Assembly (NCBI RefSeq): GCF_009914755.1
Contig: NC_060929.1
Direction: 5' to 3' (one strand)
Length of the DNA: 64,000 bases
Source of the DNA: the human T2T-CHM13v2.0 reference genome, Homo sapiens
Shown here in pieces: positions 1 to 19,040 of this stretch. The notes under the pieces are model-generated. The model ran no database searches. It saw only the letters and a program-made list of their open reading frames with translations, and had not been told where the DNA came from. A program made the translations under genes and the position numbers. The stretch's first letter is position 1, and every line of letters starts with the position of its first letter.

Positions 1-4739
<4,739 letters not shown>

Positions 4740-4899
4740 CCATTTCACTTTTATACAAAGGCTTTATCCATATTGCTTCAATATGCAGTTTCTTCCAGAT
4801 ACATACTCAGTTTTAGACTATGTCATATTGAGTTTTTACTTCAGTTTTAAATGAATTCACACATCTATCAGACACTGGAGGACAACTACATGGCACTAC

Positions 4900-5350
4900 T
4901 GCTGTATAACAAATTACCCCAAAACGTAATGGTTTAAAACAACAAACATCTATCTCACACAGCATCCAAGAGTCAGAACTCCAGGAGTATCTACATCAAG
5001 CTGAGTGGTTCTGGCCCATGGTCTCTTGCGACGTTATGGTCAGAGTATCAGCCAGGGCTGCAGTCCATTGAAGGGTCAAATTCCAAAGTAGTCCAGGTAC
5101 CTGGCTATTGGCAAGAACTCTCAGTTCCTCACCACACAGGCCTCACCACAGGTCAGCTGGCTTTCCACTTAGCAAGGTGATGAGAGAGAGAGAGAAACAG
5201 ACAGACAGAGACAGACAGAGACACCACCGTGCCTTGTATAATCTAGTCTCCAAAGCAATGAGTCCAGCCTATACTCAAGGGCAGGTGAATTAGCTTTTAC
5301 CTTCTGAAAGGAGAAGTATCAAGAAATGTATGGGTATACTTTTAAGCTGC
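4900..5350. mobile_element. Old MaLR (MLT1-type) LTR fragment
   Basis: Recognisable 'tgctgtataacaaattaccccaaa...ggtttaaaacaacaa' MLT1 motif; boundaries approximate. Confidence 0.55.
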
Positions 5351-5384
5351 AATGACCAACATGGTGCAAGTAATATGATTTTTC

Positions 5385-5698
5385 TTTTCTTTGTAAAATA
5401 TTATTTTATTTTAAATTCAGTAGGTACATGTGCATGTTTGATTCATGGGTATATTGCATACCCATGGGAACTGGGCTTCTAGTCTGCCCATTATCCAAAT
5501 ACTGAACATTATACCCAATAGGTAATTTATCAGGCCTCACCCCCTTTCTACGCTTCCCTCTTTTGGAGTCCCCAGTGTCTGTTATTTCCATCTTTATGAC
5601 TATATGTACCCATTGTTTAGCTCCCACTTATAAGTGAGAAAATGAAGTATTTGGTTTTCTGTTTCTGAGTTAGTTCACTTAAGATAATGACCTCCAGC
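5385..5698 (-). mobile_element. Short 3'-end L1 fragment (L1PB/L1PREC-like)
   Basis: Reverse-complement L1 3'UTR ('tagctcccacttataagtgagaaaatg'); 'tgatttttc' on both flanks is a probable TSD. Confidence 0.8.
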
Positions 5699-6209
5699 TG
5701 ATTTTTCATAAGAATTCCCAAGGAAATAACTTTGAGAGTTTCTCTGAAAAGTAAAAATACTAATTTTATAAAGAATTCATAGACTTGATCTAAGAACAGA
5801 AACAATGATTTTTACCATAGCAAAATAGCCTTCATATTATACATGTATTACGTCTTAAAAATGTACACAGTATCTACTAAGCACCAAACTGTGCATTCTT
5901 AGTGCTGTGTTTGATGCTGTGCAGAATATCAAGTGCATGTAAAGTGAGTGGCAGATGCAATATGAATATGAATTTAGAGAAGAGACCACTACTATAATAA
6001 AGTAGTAATTCTGAAAAAAAATTTACAAAAAATGAACATAACCCATACACATGAAAAAATACTCAACCTCAACAGTAATCAAAAAATATAAATAAAACTT
6101 TACATTTTCTTTGTCAATTTGACCAGGATATTTTATATGCTAATATTCTACACTCATGGAAATCTAGGATTATAAAATAAAATAGCAATTAGAGTACATT
6201 CTCAGTTAA

Positions 6210-6370
6210 TCTTCATAAAAGCCCTATATGATTATTATTCCCCATTTTTTATATGAAGAAATGAAGAGAGTCAGGGACTAAGTAAATCCTCAATCACACG
6301 GCTAGTAAGTGGCAGGTCAAGGATTTGACCGCAGTTTTCCTAGCTCAAAAAGCTAACCATTAACCATTAT
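6210..6370. mobile_element. MIR fragment
   Basis: 'attattattccccattttt...gaagaaatga...gctagtaagtggcag' MIR core. Confidence 0.65.
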
Positions 6371-6843
6371 TCTGTAGTGCAGCCTGCCTAGAAAACATGT
6401 GGCCCCACATATCAAAAGCTTTAAAAATCTCCATGCATTTAGATCCAGAAATCTCCCTTCTATGGTACTCAGGCTGGAGACAATTGTAAGCTAAGCCACT
6501 AAGCTAAGAAATGCACACAGCATGTTCATACAATGATGCATAAAACAAGCTGGCGAAAGCACAGCATGTAGACAGGAAGAGGATCACACAGCTTTCGAGA
6601 TGGAAGGTAGTCTTAGAAATTACTTAGTCCAACCCATTCAATGTGTAACAATAATCATTCAATATATTAAAAAAAAATCTTTTTCCAATGTCAGAAAACA
6701 CAAGGGAAATTTTTTCTTTTTTAGGATTTTCCTTTCTTTTCTCTAGGCCTACCAAATCTCTATCCTGGCAGTTAGTAAGAGTGAAGCGCTATCAGCCTCC
6801 ATAATAAACAGCCCCATAATAAATGCTTCTTTAGAATGTGGGG

Positions 6844-7151
<308 letters not shown>

Positions 7152-8420
7152 TAGAAGGTGGGTTTTCTTTCTTTCACCTGAGGTCCTCCCAGCCTGTCTT
7201 TGCTATAGACTCAGGTATCAGATCAGCTAGCCCCTGTGAGTATTAACAAAATAAGACTGCCAATCTTATTCGAGTTCATAGGCTCTGAGTGAAATGTATA
7301 TGGGCTTCAAGGTGACACGTCCAGGGCCTTAAAGACCTTTCTTTCACTGCCAGGATGTTTTCTGGAAGAAGCTAAGGGGAGTCTATCCTAGAAAAAAAAA
7401 AAAAAAAGTATGACATTAACATCTTAATTAGAGCCAGAGAAATGAGAAGTTAGCCCCATGTTAAAAAGAGGTATTCATCCAGTAAATGTACACTGTGAGA
7501 CCAACGTGCGGAGCGGTGAATCCATCACCCTCGCCAAAATCAAACCATCTAAACCACCCACTTTCCACCAATATTCCTCTCAATACACCCTCCCCTGCTA
7601 TGATCATCACATATCACCAGCTCTTTCCTTTCTCCTCCTTATACCCCAGCCACACTGGGTTCTTTCTGTTTCTGCCTCAGGACCTTTGCTCAGGTTGCTC
7701 CCTCTGCCTTGAACTTCTGCCTCCTGTCACCCCCATTCAGCCCAAACATCCCATTCTCAGGAAGGCTCCCCTCCCATTCAATCAGATTCCCCTGTTGTAT
7801 ACTCTCATGTCACCACAACCATATCCTCCCAGACCTGTGTAATCACCATCCAGGTTCCCCACTAAGTTGTAAGCTCCATACTGGGAGGCAGTGTGTCAGC
7901 CGGCTTCATGGCTGCATCCAGGGCCCAGCCCACTGCCTGGCACCTGGAAGGTTCTCGAAATATATCTGTTTAAAGAATGACTATCCAAAACATCCTCACT
8001 ATCTTTTTTTCTCTACTCCACTTCCATGCTGAATTCTAGCTCTCATCACCACACATAACACTTTCTCAGACTCCAGATTCCCTCCCTAAAGCTCTAATCC
8101 AGCCTGCAGGTGGTAACTGCCAGCTTAATTTCCTTAAATACCACCAGGGTTCTTCTCTGCTTTGACCTATCACACATCACGTCTTAAATCCCCTTAATGG
8201 CTTCAGGCCCTTCACCTACCTAGTAACACCAACTGTATGCAAGCTGATACTCCTCTTTGCCTCTGGGCTCAGCCAGCAGCCCACTGACCTAGGAGCTCCA
8301 GTGGGCATCCCTTCACCCCCTTTGACTAATCCTTCAAAGTCAAATTCAAGACACTTCTCCATGGGCCCATCATGTCTCCCACTGGTTCAATATCACACTA
8401 CCAGCCCTAGATTACATTTA

Positions 8421-9204
8421 TGTGTTAGGCCGTTCTTGCATTGCTATAAAGAAATACCTGAGACTGGGTGTATTAGTCCATTTTCGCACTGCTATAAAGA
8501 AGCACTTGAGACTGGGTAACTTATGAAAGAAAGAGGTTTAATTAACTCACAGTTGCACATGGCTGGGGAGACCTCAGGAAACTTATGATCATGGCCGAAG
8601 GTGAAGGAGAAGCAGGCACCTTCTATACAAGGTGGTAGGAAAGAGAGAGGGGGGTGAAGAGAACTACCAAACACTTTTAAATAATCAGATCTCATGAGAA
8701 CTCACTCACTATCACGAGAACAGCATGCGGAAAACCGCCCCCATGATTCAATCACCTCCTACCAGGTCCCTCCCAAAACACGTGGGGATTACAATTCGAG
8801 GTGAGATTTGCGTAGGGACACAGAGCCAAACCATATCACTGGGTCATTTATAAAGAAAAGAGGTTGCATTAGCTTACAGTTCTACAGGCAGTACAAGCAC
8901 GGCACAGCATCTGCTTGGCTTCTGGGGAGGCCTCAGAGAGCTTTTACTGATGGTGGAAGGCAAAGGGGGAGCAGGCAGGTCACACAGTGGGAACAGGAGC
9001 AAGAAAGAAAGTGTCAGAGGGAGGTGCCACACACTTTTAAATGACCAGGTCTTGCAAGAACTCATTCACTAATGCAAAGACAGGACCAAGCCATGAGGGA
9101 TCCAACCCCATGACCCAAACACCTCCCACCAGACCCCACCTCCAGTGTTGGGGAGTACAATTCAACATGAGATTTGTGTAAGGACAAACATCCAAACTCT
9201 ATCA
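8421..9204. mobile_element. MST-type MaLR solo LTR interrupted by a second MST LTR
   Basis: TG...CA termini; the outer LTR resumes after the inner element; attta/atttt flanks. Confidence 0.85.
8469..8838. mobile_element. Nested MSTA-like solo LTR
   Basis: tgtattagtcc...aaaccatatca with perfect 5-bp TSD ctggg (8464-8468, 8839-8843). Confidence 0.9.
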
Positions 9205-10494
9205 ATTTTGTTGTTCTAATTTAATGTATGTTCATTTTGTATCCCCCACAACAGCCTGACTAGTGTCAAGAAGGCAAAGGTATTAACATTTACTGAACAC
9301 CACTGGGTGTTAGACATCACATGGAGACACAAAATATCTTGAGTGCAAGTACTGTTAAAACTTCCATGGAACTGACTGGCTCCCTATTCCTTCTGGATAA
9401 CTTTTAACTATATATGGTCTTACTCTATGAAGTAGCCCTAATGATGAAAATAAGAAGTTCCAAAAAATGAGTCATTAAAAAATCAAAATACTCATGAGTC
9501 CAAGAAAGAACAAACAGCTTCACTCTTCTTTCCCTACCAAACAAGCATCCACATTGTTGAAAATAGGAAATTTCACTGATTTTCCTGGCCCCTATCTGTC
9601 CCCTATCTATGAGAGGAAATGAAAAAGTCACAGTAACCTGCAGAACCTGAGTAATAAAAAGTTGATTGTGACTCCAGACTAGGTAAGCCACAGACACTAC
9701 CTCCAGGCTTGAAAACTAGCCACATCCAGCAGACCTTCAGAGCTAGAAAAAAGCTTGGCCATTTATCCTAATCATCAAACACTTGCATCAAACATGCATT
9801 TAACGTATTCACTACCCAGGATCTGAGGAATTCTTTCTTCATCCTTCACTCAGTGAAGAACTAAAAGTTCCTACATAAGAGGAAACTAATTCTCAATGTT
9901 CTCTCATTAATTTTAAAGAATTTTTAAAAATGTTACCCATGTGAACTGATACACCAAAAATACCAGAATCATGTGACAGCAAATATGTAAATATGTATAT
10001 GGATTGCATATGCTTTATTCTCCACCCAAATGTCTTAATTTAAGAAGAAGTATAAAATCTACTGGTAAGTATTATAAAAAATTATAGCTATTTCCAAGTA
10101 ACTGTATCTTTATTGACTCTCACCCTTTTTCCTCCTACAACAGAAATCGAACACAATGTAACCCAAGAAATGCAGCTGAATTGACCCAACTAGTGTCAAT
10201 GACTCTTCCATGGAGACGAGATTAGACAAAAAGAGAGCCAATGACAGGTGCATGCAGTAAAACCTCAAGATACACTAGTCAGCCTAAGCAATTTTTACTG
10301 ATCATTTTTGGTTGCGTATGATTAGAAAACTAGCAACTTGGCATGTCTAATAAGCCATGAATTCCACTTAGAGCAGCAAAATGTATTAAACACAGGGGGA
10401 AATGGTGCATTTTGTTGTCACTCTGTAACCCCAACACGTTAGGTGGAAAGCAATAAATTAGCCACTTGCAGATGAAGGTAAAAACATACACCAG

Positions 10495-10845
10495 TGATGT
10501 GGTTTGGATTTGCGTCCCCGCCCAAATCTCACCTTGAACTGTAATCCCCAGTGTTGGAGGAGGGGCCTGGTGGGAGGTAATTGGATCTTGGCGGCAAATT
10601 TCTCCCTTGCTGTTCTCATGATAGTGAGTGAGTTCTCACTGGTTGTTTAAAAGTGTGTAGCACCTCCTCCTTTTCCTCCTGGTCTAGCCATGTAGAATGT
10701 GTCTGCTTCCCCCTCACCTTCCACCACGATTGTAAGTTTCCTGAGGCCCCCTAGCCATGCTTCCTGTACAGCCTGCAGAACTATGAGCCAATTAAACCTT
10801 TTTTTTTTTTTAATCCAGTCAGCAATGCAAGAACAGACTAATACA
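10495..10845. mobile_element. MST-type MaLR solo LTR
   Basis: tgatgtggtttgg...gaacagactaataca termini typical of MST/THE1 LTRs. Confidence 0.85.
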
Positions 10846-10969
10846 ACTGGTAAAACCAAAACAGAGGAATGCCTGTCTTTCACTTTGTGCTGAAAACCAC
10901 AGCAGCCTTTGCTAACAACATGACTTTGGTCAACTCACCAGTTACTGCAGCAAGTAAAAAAGCACGGGA

Positions 10970-11029
10970 GTGCTTGCTTCAGCGGCACATATACTAAAAT
11001 TGGAATATACAGAGATTAGCATGGACCTT
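10970..11029 (+). pseudogene. 3'-truncated U6 snRNA retropseudogene
   Basis: gtgcttgcttcagcggcacatatactaaaattggaatatacagagattagcatggacc matches the U6 5' ~60 nt; A-rich tail and degenerate TSD follow. Confidence 0.92.
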
Positions 11030-11941
11030 AAAACAAAAAAAAGAAAAAGCGTGGGGAAAAGTACGTGGAAGACTCGGCACTACAGACATTTATCACATAA
11101 AATCACCACCCCTCCCCTGGGGAGAAAAAAAATCCTTGCCTCCTTTTCAACTTTTCTATGACACCAGATGGGAAGCATTTCAAAACATGAATCAGTTCAC
11201 AGCAAAACTTTTCAAAAGCACATTTTTTTGGTAAAGCAAGGCACATCTTCTTGAATACATACCTGTTTTCAGTACCTCAATTTTCATACTTCAAGAAAAT
11301 GTTGTTTCAATACATAAATATTGCTCATCTTTTGAGAACAATATTTAAAAGGAAGATTAAGCCTTCCTAGAAAGCGGTTAGTCGTATGTTTACTCTTAAA
11401 CACAACTGACCCAAATATTAATATGGTATTTAAATGTCATGTCACTTATTTTTCTCCCTCTAGCTCACACACACACACACAAAACCCTCAGCATTTTTAA
11501 GTTGGAAAAAAAAAACAAAGATTTTTAACCCAAAAACATATGAGGAGCCTCTAGTTTTTTCACCCCCATTCACAAAGAAAATCTGTGCCATAAGGGGATT
11601 GATCCACTGTCAACCTGGAGGCTGGTTTCCTTTATAGCTGTTCTCTGGGAATCTGTGTCTGTTTCTATGACACTGTCAAAACCTGCTTTCCCAATGCATG
11701 TAATGGATGAAAGGCAGTCTAGGATCAAGCTCTTCTTGGTTCGTTGAACAAAGATTTTTAGGAAATAATGATTTATCAAGGTCCTCATAATCCTCAGCAA
11801 AAAAAAAAAAAAAAGGCAAGTCAGAGTCTTACAAAGGCTAAATCATAATTAACTTAATGTCTTCATCACTGAAATTAACAGAAGAACTGTAAGTCTCCTT
11901 TTTGACATATAATTTACTAATCACATGTCAAATCTAAGCTT

Positions 11942-12241
<300 letters not shown>

Positions 12242-12669
12242 TGAAACACATCTCCATCAAGTGAACAAGGCTAAGTAAATTAAATGTACCTCTTTATGCT
12301 TGGGCAGGCAAACTGACCAGTTCATTTTTGACTATTCTACTGGAAATACAAAGGAGTTATTTTCAGCTACGACCTCCAAAAATTTGAAAAGCTGTACATG
12401 AAGGTTGACATCAAAAAAGGAGGAAGAAGAAAAAAAGAGAGAAAGCTGGTTGTTGTTTTCAAAGTAAGCTCTGTTCCATGCAATAAATCAGTTTTCTAAT
12501 CGGCAAATGCAAATGTAAACATTAAGAAGCCTTCTAAGAAAAACTGCCCCTTGCTTCATTGCTTAGAACCTATGTCTAAGGACATTCTGTCATGATTTCA
12601 CCTCCCATAAGGCACAGCACTATCTAACTATATCATCTCTCATGAGGCATGGCATTATATGACTATATA

Positions 12670-12870
12670 ATAATGGCAGCTAACACACATTTGGCATTTA
12701 CCATGTTATCATGTGCTAGGCACTATTCTAAGCCCTTACATGTACTATTTAATTCAACTCTCCCAACAATCTGTGATGCAGATAGTGTTATTCTCATTTC
12801 ACTGATGACAAAACTCAGGCACAGAGTTAACTTGCCAACAGTGAGTAAATGATGGAGCCACAAGATAATG
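12670..12870. mobile_element. MIR fragment
   Basis: 'gctaggcactattctaag...ctcatttcactgatgacaaaactcaggcacagag' MIR-like. Confidence 0.65.
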
Positions 12871-13479
12871 ATTTTTAAAAATCTATGGCACCTTAACATT
12901 TTGTAAGTTTTTTCAACCATTATCTCCCTTAAGCCTCCCAATACTTGTCATATTAATGGGATAATATTAGCATCAGTTTAATTTTATAAATGGATAAACT
13001 ATGACTGCAAAACATTAAGTGACTTCTCCAAGCTAGGAAATGAAGGAGCTGGAAGCAGAATCCAGATATTCGGAGTCTATATTCTCTCCTTCTTCCACTA
13101 CATAGACTTTTTCTTTCTTATTGTAGACACTCAATGAAAAGTATTTTCATCAAGCTGATTATTTCTCAAAGCATAACTCTAGATTTAAGTTCCGGATGGT
13201 TAGAAGCAATCTAATTCACCTCTTCACGCCCTGCATCAAGTGCAGGGCCTGGTGCACAGGAGGGACTGCTAGTTCAAGCATTCCCCAGATCCCCCGTCTT
13301 CCTCCACAAAACTCCCTTCTCTATGTTCATGCTACCTCTCCATGCTGCATGGCCTTCAGAGACACAGTCCATCCTCACAAGGCCTCACTTTCAACTTTCA
13401 GGAGGCCAAATCTCTTCTCCAAATCTAAAATCCAAAAACTCATCTGAGGACTATGCAGTCTGTCTTCCAGATGGCTTCA

Positions 13480-13932
13480 AGGGAGCCCTTGTTTTCATAC
13501 CCTTGTTTAGTCCTCTCTCACACGAGTGGTGTGACCAAAAAACTACAGCAGAAATGACAGGATGTTATAAAAGACTGTGGCTTCCATCTTGAGCTCGCAT
13601 TCTCTCATATTCTCTCGGGTCACTTTCCATGGAGGGAGGTCAGCTGCCATATTGCAAAGTACTCAGGAGTCTATGGAGCAGCCCACATGGTGAGGGCCTA
13701 TGGTTTTCTGTTGAAGGCCAGTGAGGAACTGAGGGCTGCCCATATCCACCATCTCCAGATGACTGACGCCTCAGCCACAACTTGAGTGCAACCTCATGCG
13801 AGACCTGGAACCAGAATCCTCCAACAAATGGCTCCTGGATGCCAGATCCACAGAAATTGTTGATGATAAATACTGGTTCTTTTAAAGCTGCTAAGTTTTG
13901 TCCATAATTTGCCACATAGCAATAGATAATGC
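13480..13932. mobile_element. MLT1-type MaLR LTR
   Basis: 'ttttaaagctgctaagttttgtccataatttgccacatagcaatagataa' MLT1 end motif. Confidence 0.7.
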
Positions 13933-16499
13933 AGGAGCAAAATTTGTTATAAACTAGTATAAGGCTACTTAGAGTCTCTACTTTTGTGAATATCCAATTT
14001 ATGTGCTTGTTTTATGAGGTGCCTCCCCAGAGGTGATTGGGGATGCTATATAATACATACATTACATTACCACCCTAGAATCTGAAATATTTTAGATCTT
14101 GAAACAGAGCCAGCCACGAGGGTTTCAGATAAGGCACAGTTCAACCTGTATTCACTTTTTCTAAAATACCTTTCCTGATTAACTTCACCTTGGCACATAA
14201 GAAACAATTTCTTACAAGAATTTCTGTACCTCTTAAGAATCTCCACCACATGATTCAATACTTGATTATAAATTGTCTCATATCATACTCTGTTGTTTTA
14301 TAAATAAATGTCTCCCCACCTAACAGTTAAACTTCTACAGGCAAGAGTCCTCCCTTTATTTCACTATCCCACCAGAAATCCTGGATGCTACTAGGTACAC
14401 AATAAGCTCTGAATATATTCTTGTAGAATTGAGTTCACAAATCCAAACCTACAATTATGGTCACATAGCATTGGTCCAGACCCCAATATACCCTCACACT
14501 CAAAACATATTTATCTTCAAATAACTGCTGGAGAACATGATGTAAAAACAGTGTCTGAAAGAAAAAGAAGCAGGCTCCCTAAGGAATTCTGGAAAATTTG
14601 CACATCCTCCAAGCGCCCTTGTAAACAGCAGCAGAAGCACAAAATAATCATTATCAAGGGAAAAGATCTATTAGCCTCCTAATGATTGGTCCATCTGAAA
14701 CCTTTCAACGAAAGAGCAATTTTACCTTTCTGCTTTCTTCTCTGCATCCTTCTTCAGGCAATAAGAAGAGTCACTGATCAGTTTTTAATTTTATTTCCTG
14801 GAGAGATATGCAGCATGGAGCTTTAAAAACTCAGGGAAAAGGCTTTACAAAATAAAGACCAAGGAAACACTCAGTGACATAAGCTCTAATACTAAAAATT
14901 AAAATGCAGTGCAATAAGTATCATTCTGAAAAGAAATTCCACGCAAGCCATCTCTTATGTAATTTTTTTAAAGCTTCCCTCGAGCAGAAGACACTCTCTC
15001 TCACAGAACCTAACCAGGAAGAGTTCTACAAATCCAAATGCTAAGGTCATAGGAACAGACCAGAGGCCTGAGATGGCTTAATTTAAGGGCTGGGGGTGGG
15101 GAGAAGGGAAGGGCGCAGTTAGGAGTATGGGAGGTGATGGGATTGGCAGTGAAATCTACATGATGTTCGGCAAATTCTGACTTCTGCCTCTACAACCAGT
15201 TCTCAGTTCTTCCCTCCCATGCTGCAAAGACACAGTGAGTGAGCACCAAAAAAAGAACCAAGAGAAAAACCAGAGAGAAGAGTCTAGGCCCATGTGCTAA
15301 GTCTCTGTTCCCTCCCCTGTAGAAAGTGTGGGCTGGATTAGATGACTCCAAATGTCCATGTCAGGCCTAACTTTCCATCATAACTGAAATCCACTCTGTT
15401 GTAATTATGTCAGCTCTTCCACACTCTTGCCCTGGCTGTCTGCTGCACTTTGGGTAGCATCGTGGGGCTGAATTAACTGAGGATATGGGACTGCATGCAG
15501 CTTTGGTGCAGAGGATCAGACAGTAGAACTACTGGGCAAAAGCATGAGTGGCTGACAGGAAAAAGCAATGACAAGCAGAAACGAGTTCGTGTGAAAGATT
15601 TTGTGAAGCTACCACATTATCTAGATTCTGAATGCTTGAGATTCTCTTGACAAAGGGAGCAGTAGCCCACACATTTATTGGGATTTTTCAAGCGTTTGAA
15701 TACTATTGACTTTTAAAATGTGCCATCCAGAAAAGACTGTAAAGCTTATATTATGCCAGTTTTGATACCACTAAGATTTCCTACAATTTCCCTCAGTCAT
15801 AGAGGATTGTAGTTCAATTCCACAAAGCCACAGCTGCTCCAAATGCCTTAACCTACAATCCTGCTAGAAATCCCCAAAGTTCAAGGTTGAAAGGAAGTCA
15901 TGGAGGTGGGAAGGGTGTGTGTGTTTAGAAGCAGTCTTCCAGCTGTCTACATTATTTCCTGTGAGGAAAGCAGCACACATTGCACTCTAAAACCTGCTAA
16001 ATATGTTTCAAGATAATAGATGAAAATCCATGTATATTTAAATGACATTAACATCTTCACCTGTCAAACCTACCAAAAAATTATTCATAAAACCTATGCA
16101 AATACCCTTTTTTCCAGTCTTCCACCAAGTGATTTACAGAAAAATCCTACAAGAACCAAAGCCAAATCCTTAACAGAACATAAATAACAACACTCAGAGC
16201 TTATAGAGAAAAGTTTTGGAAGTCTAAATATTCAAGCACAGTTTTAAGTTACAAAAGCATTAGCAGCAGCAGGACTAAAACAATCCTTCAATCAGTCTTT
16301 TGACAAATATTTACTGAGCACCACCACGTGCCTGGCATTCTTTTAGGTTCTTGAAGATTTAACAGTGAGCAAAATATACAGTGTCGCTGCTCCAGGAAGT
16401 TTACAGGAAATTTTTCTCAAAATATTAAATGTTTTTAACTAGGAATGTTTTCTCTGTTGAATTACCCACATCTACCTTACCAAGGAACTAGTAAAAATA

Positions 16500-17960
16500 A
16501 ACAAGATGCATAAAGATAGTCATGTAGATCAATGGGATAGAATTCAGAGCCCAGAGTTAACTCCTCACATTTATTTTTAATTGATTTTTTTTATAAGGGT
16601 GCCAAGACAATTCAATGGAAAAAAACAGTCTTTTTAACAAATGGTGTTGCGACATGTGCAAATGAAGAATGGGTCATAGACCTAAATGTAAGACCTAAGG
16701 CTATTAAAAATCTTAAAAGCAAACATAAGAGTAAATCTTCAGGCCTTAGGTTAGGCAATGGTTTCTCAGATATGACACCAAAAGCACAAGCAACATAGGA
16801 AAAAATATAGATAAACTGGACTTCGTCAAAATCAAAAATTTGTGGGTATATAAGGAACCCTTCAGAAAGTATAAAGATGACCCAAATGGGAGAAAATATT
16901 TGCAAATTAAACATCTGATAAGGAACTTGCATTCAGAATTTTTAAATTCTTATACTCAAAAAGACAAATCAGTTTTAAAAACTGGCAAACAATGTAAACA
17001 GACACTTCTCCAAAAAAGATATACAAATGACCAATACGGCCAGGTGCAGTGGCTCATGCCCATAATCCCACTTTGGGAGAATCAGTTGAGGCCAGGACTT
17101 CAAACGAGCCTGGGCAACATGGTGAGACTCCATCTCAAAAAAAAAAAAAAAAAAAAAAAAAGGCCAGTAAGCACAAGAAAAGATGCTCAACATCATTAGT
17201 CACCAGAGAAAAATGCAAATGAACACAATAAGATGCTACTTCACACCCAATAGGATGATAATAAAAAAAGATTTATAACAAGCGCTGGTGAGAATGTGGA
17301 GAAATTAGAACCCTTATACATAATGATGAAGTCATGGTGGAAAACAGTTTGGAAGCTCCTCAAACTGTTAAACTTTATGACCCAGCAATTCCACTCTTAG
17401 GTATATACACAAGAGTAATTAAAGCATTATTAAATTAAATGAGAACATACATCTATACAAAAACTTGTACATGATTGTTCATATCAATACTATTTGTAAT
17501 AGCCAAACAGTGTAAAGAACCCAAAAGACCATCGACTGATGAAAGAATAAATAAAATATAGTACATCCATACAATGGAATATTATTCAGCAATAAAATGA
17601 CAAAGTACTGATATGTGCTACATTGTGAATGAATCTTGAAAACACTATTCCAAGTGAAGGAAAACAGTCACAAAAGATTACATATCATATGAATCCTTTT
17701 ATATGAAATGTCCCGAATACACAAAACTATAGAGACAGAAAGATTAGTGGTTACACAGTGGTGGGGGCAGGGGATGGAAGGCTGGAAGGAAGTGAAGAGT
17801 GGTTTTCAGTTTCTTTCTGCAGGGACGAAAATCTTATAAAATTGATTGTGATGATGGCTGCACAATTCCGTAAATATATGAACAACCACTGAATTGGACA
17901 ATTTAAATGGGTAAGTTGTACAGTATACAATTTATATCTCAATAAAGCAGTTTTCAAAAA
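16500..17960 (+). mobile_element. Old L1M (L1MA/MB-like) 3' portion
   Basis: Degenerate ORF2 C-terminal DNA and 3'UTR ending 'tatatctcaataaagc'; interrupted by an Alu monomer. Confidence 0.85.
17038..17161 (+). mobile_element. Alu monomer (FLAM-like) inside L1M
   Basis: ggccaggtgcagtggctcatgcc... followed by a long poly-A; ~120 bp. Confidence 0.85.
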
Positions 17961-18069
17961 TTAAATAAGAAATTGAGGAGTCAAGCAGTTATACCAAGAA
18001 CACCTAGAAAACGGAAAGGAGAGAGATGCCTTCTCTTTCTCAGATTATGTCAACGTAAAGATACTTTTT

Positions 18070-19040
18070 CTTATTCAGATTAATTCAACATTTATTCATT
18101 GATGCCTACTACTCTTTAGGAACTAGGCTTGACTGGGAATCCCATAAAAAAGACCTAGTTCTCTCCCTCAAGGCTTTCCATCCCTACTAACAGCTGCTAC
18201 CACTCACCGGGAAAGGAGCTAAGGGTTTCATGTATAGCATCCCATGATGAGGTGGACAGCCTTACCCTTATTACTGATGAGAAAGCCAACTCAAAGAGGG
18301 TAAGTGATTTGGCCATGTTCACAGCACTAACCAACAGGAGGGAGACTCGAAGCCAGATTTGTCTATGACAAAAGCCTATGCCCTCTTCACCTCACTGTAT
18401 TCCTCCCAGGTCAAGGTGAGCAGGAAAGTACAAAAACTACTGCAATGAAATGCAGTCTGGATTAGGGTCAGAAGAGGGCCTCTCCAGCTCCGCATCAAGG
18501 AGAAGTCTTCACAAAAAAGTGAAACCTAGGCAGAACTCTCCTTCATGAGAGCTGATACATCACTCAAACAAAAGGAGGTGGGTGGGGCTTTCTACACACA
18601 GAAAAAGGTGAGAGGGAATGTGGAAAATTCAGAGACTAGGAAGCAGCTCCATCTGGCTAGAGTATCAGACAAGTATGAGGAGATGGTGGGAGAAAGAATA
18701 GAAAGGAGGTTGGGACTTGAAAATGACTGCCACTCGCAGCTAGGAATTTAACCCAAGCACAGAGGCTGACTAGACATTAAAGTATTCTAGGCAGGAGGCA
18801 AGAAAGAGCACTCTAGATGCAGGTGGTTAATGCTGGAAGCAGGGGCCTTGCAGGGATTAGGAGGCCCTGCAAATTGTCCAGCTGAGAACTGAGAAGGGCC
18901 TGAAGTGCAGCAGCAATGAAAACAGGGGAAAAGAAACAATTTGGAAGATGTTTAGGAGGTGGGAATTCCAAGACCTGGAAGGATGTGGAAACTTAAGGAT
19001 CCTGACCCAAGAGGTAGACTGGACACTGATGGTGACAACA
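18070..19040. mobile_element. L2 and MIR fragments
   Basis: 'attcaacatttatt...tgcctactac' L2 end; MIR core at ~18220-18390; purine-rich L2-like sequence after it. Confidence 0.5.

Noticed and set aside
11570-11800. 76-aa minus ORF after a poly-T tract as a possible EPB41L4A exon
   Set aside because: No FERM similarity and no convincing splice-site pair.
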